A stretch of 64,000 bases of DNA from an uncultured Gemmatimonadales bacterium (lineage in GTDB: Bacteria; Gemmatimonadota; Gemmatimonadetes; Longimicrobiales; RSA9), in contig CAVUKA010000002.1 of the NCBI GenBank assembly GCA_963741945.1, forward strand, positions 96,001-160,000, in the 5' to 3' direction. Of this stretch, positions 27,780-36,383 are shown in pieces; within the stretch, counting starts at the first letter, position 1, and each line of letters starts with the position of its first letter. The translations under genes were made by a program, and so were the position numbers. The notes beneath the pieces are model-generated. The model did not search any database. It was given only the letters and a program-made list of their open reading frames with translations, and had not been told where the DNA came from.

Positions 27780-30122
27780 ATGCCCTCTTCCCCCCTCGAG
27801 CGCCTGCTCGCGGAGCTGAAGCGTCGTCGCGTGTTCCGCGTTGCCGGCGCCTACCTCGTCGCCGCCTTCGTCGTTCTGCAGGTGGCCGACCTCGTCCAGG
27901 AGCCGCTCCATCTGCCCGCGTGGACGCTCACCCTCCTCATCGTGCTCCTGACGCTCGGACTCCTCCTCGCGGTGGCGCTCGCGTGGGCGTTCGACGTCAC
28001 CCCGGACGGCATCCGCCGCGCCGACGCCGCCGGAGCCGCCGGAGCCACCGGCGACGCCCCGCGCACCCGCCGCCGGCGGCGCCCGCGGGTCGCCCTCGCC
28101 GCCGCCGTCGTCGGGCTCGCCCTGCTCGGCCCGGCCGGGTGGTGGACGTGGACCGCCGCCCACGCCGACGCGATCGAGCTCGACCCGGGACTCGTGGCGG
28201 TGCTCCCGTTCCGGGTAGCGGGCGCGGACCCGGGGGTGGCGTACCTGGGCGAGGGGGTGATGGACCTCCTGGCGGCGAGGTTCCGGACCGATGACGCGCT
28301 CCGGGTGGCGCCCGCCCGGGACGTGGTCCGGGCGCTCGGGGCCGCGCCCGACTCCCCCGGCGATCCCGACTTCGACGCCGCGGAGGCGACGGCGCGGGCG
28401 GTGGGCGCGGGCGCGGTCCTGCTGGGGGAAGTCGTCGGCGACGCGGGCCACCTGACGCTCACGGCCACGCTGCTGGACGCGGGCAGCGGCGAGGTGCGGG
28501 CGCGGGTCATGGTGCCGGGCTCCGCGGACAGCCTGCACGCGCTGGTGGATGGGCTTGCCGGGCAGCTGCTGGCGGCCACGGCCGGGACGCCGACGGAGCG
28601 GCTGGCGGACATCACCACGCGCTCGCTTCCGGCGCTCCGCGCCTACCTGGACGGCACGCGGGCCTTCCGCGCCGGCCGGCCCACGGAAGCGGCCGGCGCG
28701 TTCGACCGTGCGCTGGGCGAGGACTCGACGTTCGTCCTGGCCGCGTTGGGGCTGCTCCAGGCGACGCTGTGGGCCACGTTCGTGGACGCCGAGAACGAGG
28801 CGCTGGCGAGCCGGCTGGCGTGGCGGGAGCGCGGCCGTCTCGCACCCGCCGATCGCCTCTACCTCACCGCCATCCTGGGGAGGGACTACCCGGCGTCGAC
28901 GCCGCGGCGGGCGAGGCTCGAAGACCTCCTCGACGCCACCACCCGCCTGCCCGAGGTGCCCGAGCTCTGGTACCTGCTGGGGGATGAGTACTACCACGAG
29001 GGCCGGCTCCTCGGGTTCGACGACGCCGTCGACCGCGCCGAGCGCAACTTCGAGCGCGCCGTCGCCATGGACTCGCTCTACGTGGAGCCGTGGCTGCACA
29101 TCTTCGACATCGCCGCCTTCCGCGGCGACACGGCCACCGCGCGCCTGGCCACCGAGCAGCTCGAGGCCGTGGACGCCAACAGCGAGGAAACGCTCCGCAA
29201 CCGCTTCTTCCTCTCACGCATGGGCGTGCCCATGGCGGATGCACCCGCCCTCGACACCCTGCCTCCGCGGATCCTCGCAGACCTGGCCACCGCCAGCAGG
29301 TGGACCGGCGTCGCCGCCCACGAGCTCGGCGACGCCCTCGAGCGGGCCCGCAGGGATGAGGAGGTCTCCGCCAACCTGCTGTGGGGCGCCTCGTTCCAGC
29401 TGGCCGGGCGACGCGGCCGCATCGAGGAGATCCGCGACCTCCTCGACCGCGGCGTTCAGGAGCCGTACTGGCCGGGCGTGAACCGTCTCGTGGTGGAGAT
29501 GTACGTGGCCACGGACACGGCGCGCATGCGCGACGCGGTGGACCGCTGGCGCAGCCGCGCGCCGGCGCCCGACGCCGACCCGAGCTCCGCCCTCATGGGC
29601 GACTGCCTCGTCGAGCACTGGAAGCTCGGGCGCGGCGACACCACCACGGCGCGGGCCACGATCGCCCGGCACCGCGCGGCCGCGCAGGACACGGCCTACG
29701 GTCGGTACCGGCCGACGTTCGAGCTCTGCGCCCGCACCCTCACGGCGCTACGGGATCACGTGGTCGGGAGCGACAGCGCGGAAGCCAGCATCGCGGCCGT
29801 GGAACGCTTCACCCACGAGGGCATCTACGCGGACGTCATCTATCGCGAGATCGTCGCGTTGACGATGGCGCGCATACTGGACGAGCGGGGACAGCCGGCG
29901 CGCGCGCTCTCCGCCAGCCGCCGCACCGTGACGCCCGGGTATTTCCTCGCCACCCGGCTCCGCCTCGAGGAGGCACGCCTCGCGGAGGAGATCGGCGAGC
30001 GTGAAACGGCACTCACCGCCTATCGCGACTACCTGCACTGGTACCGCGATGCCCAGGGCCCCCTCCGGGATCAGGTGCGCGCGGTGCGCGACCACGTGGC
30101 CGAGCTGGTCGGAGAACGCTGA
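27780..30122 (+). CDS. Membrane-anchored TolB-like/TPR protein
   Basis: ELKRRRVFRVAGAY N-terminal motif, 3 TM helices, VAVLPF, TRSLPALRAYLDG, TPR-like helices. Confidence 0.8.
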   Translation: MPSSPLERLLAELKRRRVFRVAGAYLVAAFVVLQVADLVQEPLHLPAWTLTLLIVLLTLGLLLAVALAWAFDVTPDGIRRADAAGAAGATGDAPRTRRRRRPRVALAAAVVGLALLGPAGWWTWTAAHADAIELDPGLVAVLPFRVAGADPGVAYLGEGVMDLLAARFRTDDALRVAPARDVVRALGAAPDSPGDPDFDAAEATARAVGAGAVLLGEVVGDAGHLTLTATLLDAGSGEVRARVMVPGSADSLHALVDGLAGQLLAATAGTPTERLADITTRSLPALRAYLDGTRAFRAGRPTEAAGAFDRALGEDSTFVLAALGLLQATLWATFVDAENEALASRLAWRERGRLAPADRLYLTAILGRDYPASTPRRARLEDLLDATTRLPEVPELWYLLGDEYYHEGRLLGFDDAVDRAERNFERAVAMDSLYVEPWLHIFDIAAFRGDTATARLATEQLEAVDANSEETLRNRFFLSRMGVPMADAPALDTLPPRILADLATASRWTGVAAHELGDALERARRDEEVSANLLWGASFQLAGRRGRIEEIRDLLDRGVQEPYWPGVNRLVVEMYVATDTARMRDAVDRWRSRAPAPDADPSSALMGDCLVEHWKLGRGDTTTARATIARHRAAAQDTAYGRYRPTFELCARTLTALRDHVVGSDSAEASIAAVERFTHEGIYADVIYREIVALTMARILDERGQPARALSASRRTVTPGYFLATRLRLEEARLAEEIGERETALTAYRDYLHWYRDAQGPLRDQVRAVRDHVAELVGER

Positions 30123-30147
30123 CGGCGATCAAACGGGCGCCGCCCCG

Positions 30148-30585
30148 TCACCACCCGTCGCGAGGGTCGTTCACCGCCTTGATGTCCACCACGGGCGTGC
30201 CGTCCACGGCTTCCAGCGGCTCCACGCGCAGCCGGCGCCCATCCACTTCCAGCACACGCACCCGGTGCAGCCCGAGCGGGTTCGGGCGGACCGGCGCCCG
30301 CGTGCCGAAGACACCGCGCAGCGGCGCGTCCGGGTGGTGCCCCGGGTGGACCTGCAGGATGTCGCGCTCGGACAGATGCAGCCACGTGACGACGACGGCG
30401 TCGCCGCCCGGCTCGACGCCGAGCAGCCCCTCCGCGTAGCGCTCCTCCAGCTCGATCCACGCCGACGGCGCGCCGAGCCACCCCTGTCGGGGCGCGTCCG
30501 CGCGCCGCGTGAGGGAGGACCGGACCACGCCGATCGGACGGACTTCGTATCGGGTTCCTGGATCGGGATCGCTCATGAAGGGCAT
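30148..30585 (-). CDS. tsaA: TsaA/TrmO-family SAM-dependent tRNA methyltransferase-like protein
   Basis: RPIGVVRS, APRQG, GVFGTRAPVRPNPLGL, DGTPVVDIK. Confidence 0.85.
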   Translation of the reverse strand: MPFMSDPDPGTRYEVRPIGVVRSSLTRRADAPRQGWLGAPSAWIELEERYAEGLLGVEPGGDAVVVTWLHLSERDILQVHPGHHPDAPLRGVFGTRAPVRPNPLGLHRVRVLEVDGRRLRVEPLEAVDGTPVVDIKAVNDPRDGW

Positions 30586-30892
30586 GGTAGCGCCCGGCCC
30601 GCGCGCGGCACAGGGGCCGGGCGGCCGCCCGGGGCACGCGCGGCGCAGGGATGCGAGGCCCCCGGATGAGCGCGCGGCCCGGGAGCCGAGGCCGCCCTTC
30701 GCCGCCGACCTGAAACTGCAACGCCGGAGTTCCGGTACGGTCCGGGGACGAACCACCGCGTGGTTCCCGCGGCTGTGCGCCGAGGGCGACGCCGACGTGG
30801 ATGCGCTCATCGCGGCCTATCGCGCCCGCCGCGACGCCCTGAATCGCTGACCTGACGCTCGGGCGGAAACGCGCGGGCATGAGCCGTGACCC

Positions 30893-30940
30893 TTGACCGT
30901 CCGCCTGCGTCGTCTTAATAATGAACAAATAGATCACTAA
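30893..30940 (+). promoter_or_regulatory. Promoter and candidate TetR operator upstream of the tetR-family gene
   Basis: TTGACC (30893-30898) followed by AT-rich TAATAAT; imperfect palindrome TAATGAAC-N5-GATCACTA. Confidence 0.5.
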
Positions 30941-30955
30941 ACAGTCGGTGTCGCG

Positions 30956-31579
30956 ATGCCACAGGTGCTGAAGGAAGAAGTGGAGGCGCGCATCCGCGGG
31001 GCGGCGCTGGCGGTGTTCGCGGAGGCGGGGTATCCCGCGGCGCGCATGGCGGACATCGCGCGCCGTGCGGGCGTGTCGCAGGGGAACATCTACCACTACT
31101 TCGCGGGAAAGGAGGCGCTGTTCCGGGCGGTGGTGCCGCCGGCGCTCGCGCGTCGGCTGCTGGAGCTGCTCCGGGCGCGCCTGGACGCCGCCCGGGCTGC
31201 GTCCACCGCGGGCGACGCCCTGGGCCCTCGAGACTCGACGGCGTACGGCGTTGCGGCGGAGGCCACCCTTTCGTTCGCCCTGGCGAACCGCTTCGAGACC
31301 ATGATTCTGCTCGGTCGGGCCGAGGGCACGCGGCACGCCGGCCTCGCGGAAGAAGTGACGGGTATGCTGGTGGAGGGAGCCGTGCGGCATGCGCGCCTGC
31401 TCCACCGGGATCGCCCGCTCCCGGCCACGCTGCGCTTCGACCTGGAGCAGATCTACCGGAGCTACGTCCGCGCCTGGGTGCGGCTGCTCGAGCGGTTCCC
31501 CGCGCCGGACGAGTTCAGGGATGCGCTCGCCGGCTACGAGCGCTACCACCTGGCGGGGCTCCAGGCGCTGCTCTCCTGA
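30956..31579 (+). CDS. TetR/AcrR-family transcriptional regulator
   Basis: MPQVLKEEV..RIRGAALAVFAEAGY..ARMADIARRAGVSQGNIYHYFAGKEALF. Confidence 0.92.
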   Translation: MPQVLKEEVEARIRGAALAVFAEAGYPAARMADIARRAGVSQGNIYHYFAGKEALFRAVVPPALARRLLELLRARLDAARAASTAGDALGPRDSTAYGVAAEATLSFALANRFETMILLGRAEGTRHAGLAEEVTGMLVEGAVRHARLLHRDRPLPATLRFDLEQIYRSYVRAWVRLLERFPAPDEFRDALAGYERYHLAGLQALLS

Positions 31580-31645
31580 CCGCCACTTCCCGTGACGCCG
31601 CGGGCCCGGGTTCCCGAATCGCGCCGGAGGGCCGAGCCACGTACG

Positions 31646-31660
31646 AATAATGAACGAATA
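31646..31660 (+). promoter_or_regulatory. Second copy of AATAATGAAC(A/G)AATA upstream of the NmrA gene
   Basis: 14/15 identity to 30917-30931; AT-rich island in GC-rich DNA. Confidence 0.5.
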
Positions 31661-31682
31661 ATTTCTTTTAGGGAGTGAACGG

Positions 31683-32570
31683 ATGGGAGACACGATTCTG
31701 GTCATGGGCGCCACGGGCGAGGTGGGCGGCCGGGTGCTGAGGGGGCTGAGGGCGGCGGGCGTGGATGCGCGCGGCGCGTCGCGGGATCCGGAGGCCGCGG
31801 CAGCGGCCGCGGGTGGGGCGTGGGTGGAGCTGGATCTGGAGCGGCCGGCCACGTTCACCGCCGCGCTGGAGGGGGTGAGCCGGCTCTTCCTGGTGTCGCG
31901 TCCCGGCGACGATTCCCCCGACGGTCCCGCCGCCCCGCTCCTGGAGGAGGCCGCGAGTGCGGGCGTCCGGCAGGTGGTGACGCTGACGGCGATCGGTGTG
32001 GAGCGGGAGCCGGGGTTCGGGCTGCGTCGCCTGGAGCTGCTCGTGGAAAGCTCGGGGTTGGGCTTCACCCATCTGCGGCCGAACTTCTTCATGCAGCTCT
32101 TCGCCACGCCGCCGCTGCTCGACAGCATGCGGGCGACGGGCGCGTTGCGCCTTCCCGCGGGCGATGCGCGGCTGTCGTACGTGGACACGCGGGACATCGC
32201 GGAGGTGGCCGTGGCGGTTCTGACGGGGGAGGGACACCACGGCCGCGCGTACACGCTCACGGGGCCCGAGAGCCTGGACCACGCGGAAGTGGCGCGCCGG
32301 CTGTCGGAGGCCGCCGGCCGCGAGATCGCGTACGCTCCGCTGACGGAGGCCGAGGCCGCGGCGCAGATGTCAGCTGCGGGGCTCGGTCCCGCGCGGGTGC
32401 AGCGGCTGCTCGGCTTCTACAGGCGCGTCCGCGGCGGCCACGCCGCGCCCGTCCACGGCGACGTCGAAACCGTGCTCGGCCGTCCCGCCCGGGCGTTCGC
32501 GGACTTCGCCCGCGACTACGCCGACTGCTGGCGCGCGGAGTCCGCGAAGGCGGGGGCGCCCGGAGTCTGA
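31683..32570 (+). CDS. NmrA-family NAD(P)-dependent oxidoreductase (atypical SDR)
   Basis: ILVMGATGEVG, LRPNFFMQ, SYVDTRDIA, YTLTGPE. Confidence 0.9.
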   Translation: MGDTILVMGATGEVGGRVLRGLRAAGVDARGASRDPEAAAAAAGGAWVELDLERPATFTAALEGVSRLFLVSRPGDDSPDGPAAPLLEEAASAGVRQVVTLTAIGVEREPGFGLRRLELLVESSGLGFTHLRPNFFMQLFATPPLLDSMRATGALRLPAGDARLSYVDTRDIAEVAVAVLTGEGHHGRAYTLTGPESLDHAEVARRLSEAAGREIAYAPLTEAEAAAQMSAAGLGPARVQRLLGFYRRVRGGHAAPVHGDVETVLGRPARAFADFARDYADCWRAESAKAGAPGV

Positions 32571-32613
32571 CCGCGCTCCGTCACGCCCGCTGGGCCTCGC
32601 GCCCGGTGGGCCG

Positions 32614-33066
32614 TCACGCCCGCTGGGCCGTCGTCGCTTCGGCGAGCTGCGCCAGCTCGCGCTCGTATACCGGCCGCATGATGTGCGGGATCAGCCACCG
32701 CTTGATGGCGCCGGCGAGGCCGCCGCGGCTCATCTCCGTGGTGAAGGTGACGAAGGAGTGGCGGCCGTCGTCGCGCGGCTCCACCGTGAACGTCGTGGTC
32801 ATCCCGTTGTCGTTCGTCTCCACGAGCACGCGGCCGGGCTCCGGCTCGCTGACCGTGGCGCGGAACCACGACGAGCGGCCCAGCACCCGCATCCGCACCA
32901 GGATCACCGTCCCCTCGCCGCGCCCGCCCCGCTCCACGTCCAGCGAGACGAAGGGCGGCCGAGGGAGGATCCGGGGGTGGCCCTCGCGGTAGTCGGCGAT
33001 GACTTCGTAGACCACCGACGGCGGCGCGGCAATGAGGGCGGAAGCGGCAAAGCGGTGTGGGGGCAT
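32614..33066 (-). CDS. SRPBCC (START-like) family protein
   Basis: IAAPPSVVYEVIADYREGHPRILP, GGRGEGT, EPEPGRVLVE. Confidence 0.85.
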   Translation of the reverse strand: MPPHRFAASALIAAPPSVVYEVIADYREGHPRILPRPPFVSLDVERGGRGEGTVILVRMRVLGRSSWFRATVSEPEPGRVLVETNDNGMTTTFTVEPRDDGRHSFVTFTTEMSRGGLAGAIKRWLIPHIMRPVYERELAQLAEATTAQRA

Positions 33067-33179
33067 CGGGTGTTCTCCGGAGAGGGGAGATCCATGGCTA
33101 TACCCGGTCGTCCGCCCCCGCAAGAACGTCGTGGCGGGTGGGGGCGGGGGCGTGCGGTTGCGGTGTGCGAGCGCGGGAG

Positions 33180-33822
33180 GGTGGGGGTGGGGCCGGGGGC
33201 GGGGCCGGGGGGCCGGGGGTGGGGCCGGGGGCGGGGGGCCCGGGGGGGCCCGGGGGGGCGGGGGGGCGGGGGGGCGGGGGGGTCCGGGGTCCGGGGGTCC
33301 GGGGTCCGGGGGTCGGGGGTCGGGGGTCGGGGGTCGGGGGTCGGGGGTCGGGGGGGCGGGGGGGCGGGGGGGCGGGGGGGTGGGGGGGGTCCGGGGGTCC
33401 GGGGGTCCGGGGGTCCGGGGGTCCGGGGGTCCGGGGGTCCGGGGGTCCGGGGGTCCGGGGGTCGGGAGGCCGGGGGTCCGGGGTCCGGGGGCCGGGGGCC
33501 GGGGGGCCGGGGGGCGGGGGGGCGGGGGGGCGGGGGGGCGGGGGGGCGGGGGGGCGGGGGGGTCCGGGGGTCCGGGGGTCCGGGGGTCCGGGGGTCCGGG
33601 GGCCGGGGGCCGGGGGCCGGGGGCCGGGGGCCGGGGGCCGGGGGCGGGGGGCGGGGGGGCGGGGGGCGGGGGGGCGGGGGGGCGGGGGGCCGGGGTCCGG
33701 GGCGGGGTCCGGGGTCCGGGGTCCGGGGTCCGGGGTCCGGGGTCCGGGGGTCGGGGGTCCGGGGTCGGGGGGCCGGGGGGCCGGGGTCCGGGGTCCGGGG
33801 GTCGGGGGTCGGGGGTCGGGGG
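33180..33822 (+). repeat. Low-complexity G-rich tandem tract of 7-9-bp units (GGGGTCC, GGGGGTCC, GGGGGCC, GGGGGGC)
   Basis: About 640 bp; the + strand has essentially a single A; non-coding. Confidence 0.95.
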
Positions 33823-34148
33823 CCCGCCCTTCTGGCGGCGGAGATGCCGCCCATTGTACACGGCTCACGCGGGCGACCGCGGGTTGAACGATCTCCGGCT
33901 CCATATGCCGGAGATCGCACTCTCGACTCCAGGCTTCCGTTTCACTGAACACTTTCCGGCACCATTCGCCGGCGATCGTTCAGCCCGCTTCGAGAGCGCG
34001 CTCGGTTGTGCATTCGACCGCAGCCGCCGCCGGGACTCCAACGCGGCGAGCGATCCGCCCGCCCTGCGGCAGCTGCCGCCAGGAGCCCCGTCCGGCGAGC
34101 GATCCGCCCGCACGGGCCTCGGTCGAGGATGAGGCGATCGCGATGGCT

Positions 34149-34805
34149 CTACACCCCGGCAGGCGGCTCGGGCATGGCGGCTGCCGGGGCGTACTCACGC
34201 GTGAGCGCCGCGGCGATGGCGGCCGCGATCCGCGCCCCGCCGCGCTCGCCGGGCTCGATCGGATTCCAGTAGTCGTCCGGGCTGGCGCACACCCGGCGCA
34301 GCTCCACCACGGGGACACCCCGCTCGGCGCCGGCATCCACGATCTCCTGGTCGAACACGCGCAGCGCCGTCTCCACCATGGCCTGGTACGAGGCATCCTC
34401 GAACGCGCCGTTGTAGACGGTGCAGATCACCAGGGGCAGCGCCGCTTCCAGCACGGAGTCCAGGAGTGCGCGGTATCCGGCTCCGAAGTGCTGCGCCGTG
34501 CGACGGATCCGCAGCAGCCCCTCGCCCACCGACGACACCGGCTCCGTCAGCACGTCGATCATTCCCAGCAGGTCGTTCCCGCCCGCGCTCAATGCGACGT
34601 GGGTGGGAGGATCCGGCTCGAGGGCAAGCTGCCGCAGCTGCCCCAGCTGGGCACGGACGTTCGACAGAAGCGCCCCGTCCCGGGCGAGAAGCGTGGCGCG
34701 ACTTCCGCTCCCCAGCAGATCGCGCAGGTGTTCCACCACGGCGCGGCCGCCGTCGGTGTACGCGCCGTTGTCGAACGTCGAGTCGCCGAGAAGGACGATA
34801 TGCAT
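34149..34805 (-). CDS. SGNH/GDSL hydrolase
   Basis: HIVLLGDSTFDNGAY, SAGGNDLL, DY.NPIEP..GG..IA. Confidence 0.85.
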   Translation of the reverse strand: MHIVLLGDSTFDNGAYTDGGRAVVEHLRDLLGSGSRATLLARDGALLSNVRAQLGQLRQLALEPDPPTHVALSAGGNDLLGMIDVLTEPVSSVGEGLLRIRRTAQHFGAGYRALLDSVLEAALPLVICTVYNGAFEDASYQAMVETALRVFDQEIVDAGAERGVPVVELRRVCASPDDYWNPIEPGERGGARIAAAIAAALTREYAPAAAMPEPPAGV

Positions 34806-34916
34806 GGCTGTCTCCGTTGGCGGGAGAGGCCCGGCCGGACGCCGCGTGGCCACCACACCCGATCCGCCGCGCCCGGGCGCCCGGGCCACGCCGCGTGCCC
34901 GGGCCGCGCCGGACCT

Positions 34917-36126
34917 TCAATCTAGGGTCAGCCAGCCCGCGTCCGCGACCCAGCGATCTCCCGGGACCGCAGGACGCGACCGTTCGTCCCTACGCTGACC
35001 ACGAAAGGGCGAAAAGCGGTTTCCATGGCCGGAACGCGGCCACTCCGCCCCGATCAGCTGCGCCAGGATCCCTACGGCGATCTCGGCCGGCGTGCGGGCG
35101 CCGATGTCCAGCCCCACGGGCGCCCGGATCCGGGCGATCCCCTCCTCCCCCACCCCCTCCTCCCGCAGCCGGGCCAGCCTTTTCGCGTGCGTCCTCCGGC
35201 TCCCCAGCGCCCCGACGTAGAACGCGGGGGAGTCGAGCGCGGCCACGAGCGCCGGGTCGTCCAGCTTGGCATCGTGGGTGAGCGTGACCAGGGCGGTGCG
35301 GTGGTCCGGGCGGATCTCCGCCAGGCCCTTGGCGGGCCACGCGTGTACGAGGCGCACGCCCGGGAAGCGGTCCTCCGTGGCGAAAGCGGCGCGTGGATCC
35401 ACCACGTGCACTTCGATCCCGGCCGCCGCCGCCATGCGGGCGAGCGGCGCCGCGATGTGCACCGCCCACCACGATCAGCCGCACCGGCGGGTTGTACGCG
35501 CGCAGGAAGACCTCGCCGGCCCCGTGCTCGACCAGGACGGAGCGGTCGTCGAGGAGCGCGTCGCGCGCGGCCGCAATTGGCCACGCTCCCTCAGGCATCT
35601 CTCCGGCGCCGCTCAGCGGGAAGAGGAGCGCCGACTCCCCGGTCTGCATCCGCGTGGCCCGGACCACCGGCCGCTTCTCCGCGAGCGCCCCCACGAGCTC
35701 CGGCAGTAAGCTCCCCGGTCCGATCCGCTCCACGTGGATCGCCACCTTCCCGCCGCACGCCAGCCCGACTTCCCAGGCCTTCTCGTCGGTCACCCCGTAT
35801 TCCAGGCGACGCCCGGTCCCCGACCGGATCACCTCCCCCGCGGCCTCGATCACCGCACCTTCGACGCACCCTCCTGAGACGGAGCCACAGAACCCCCCCG
35901 TCCCGTCCACGGCCATGTGGCTCCCCGCGATCCGGGGGGCGGAGCCCCACGTGCGGATGACGGTGGCGAGGGCCACGCCTCGCCCTGCCGCCACCCACGC
36001 GGCGGCGCGGTTCAGGACCTCCTGGTCGGTATTTTGAGCGGACGGTTCTGCGGGCGTCTCGATGGTGGCCACGGTAGGAGCGGTGCGGGGGTCGGGGACG
36101 GCGGCGTCCGGAGGACGCTGCGTCAC
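34917..36126 (-). pseudogene. xdhC: XdhC/CoxI-family Moco-insertion chaperone, frameshifted at ~35462
   Basis: ALATVIRTWGSAPR, GSVSGGCVE, VGLACGG in one frame; VHIA..THDAKLDD..YVGALGSRRTH..PVGLDIGARTPAEIA in another. Confidence 0.8.
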
Positions 36127-36383
36127 AGATAGGGCGCGCCAGGCAGCCGCGTCAAGCCGCCGCAACGGACGCGCGACGGCCCGGACCGGGGACGCGGGAC
36201 TGATCGTGGATGCGGCCGACGCCGGCCCCGTCCAGCCCGGCGGCGACGACACCGCCGCCCCGGGGCACACGAGCACCCCGGAAGCAACGACGAACGGGCC
36301 GGGCACGTAGGCCCGACCCGCTCGGGTCGGTGCGGGGGGCGGGCCGCGGCCCGGCCGCCCCGCGTGGCTGGACCCCCGGTGGC

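Noticed and set aside
30590-30850. Short + strand ORF tail (…DVDALIAAYRARRDALNR)
   Set aside because: Could be a gene remnant, but there is no credible start or recognisable family.
32683-34132. Pro-rich and Gly-rich collagen- or extensin-like ORFs in several frames
   Set aside because: They arise from the G/C tandem tract, which lacks stop codons; the real SRPBCC start with an RBS is at 33066.
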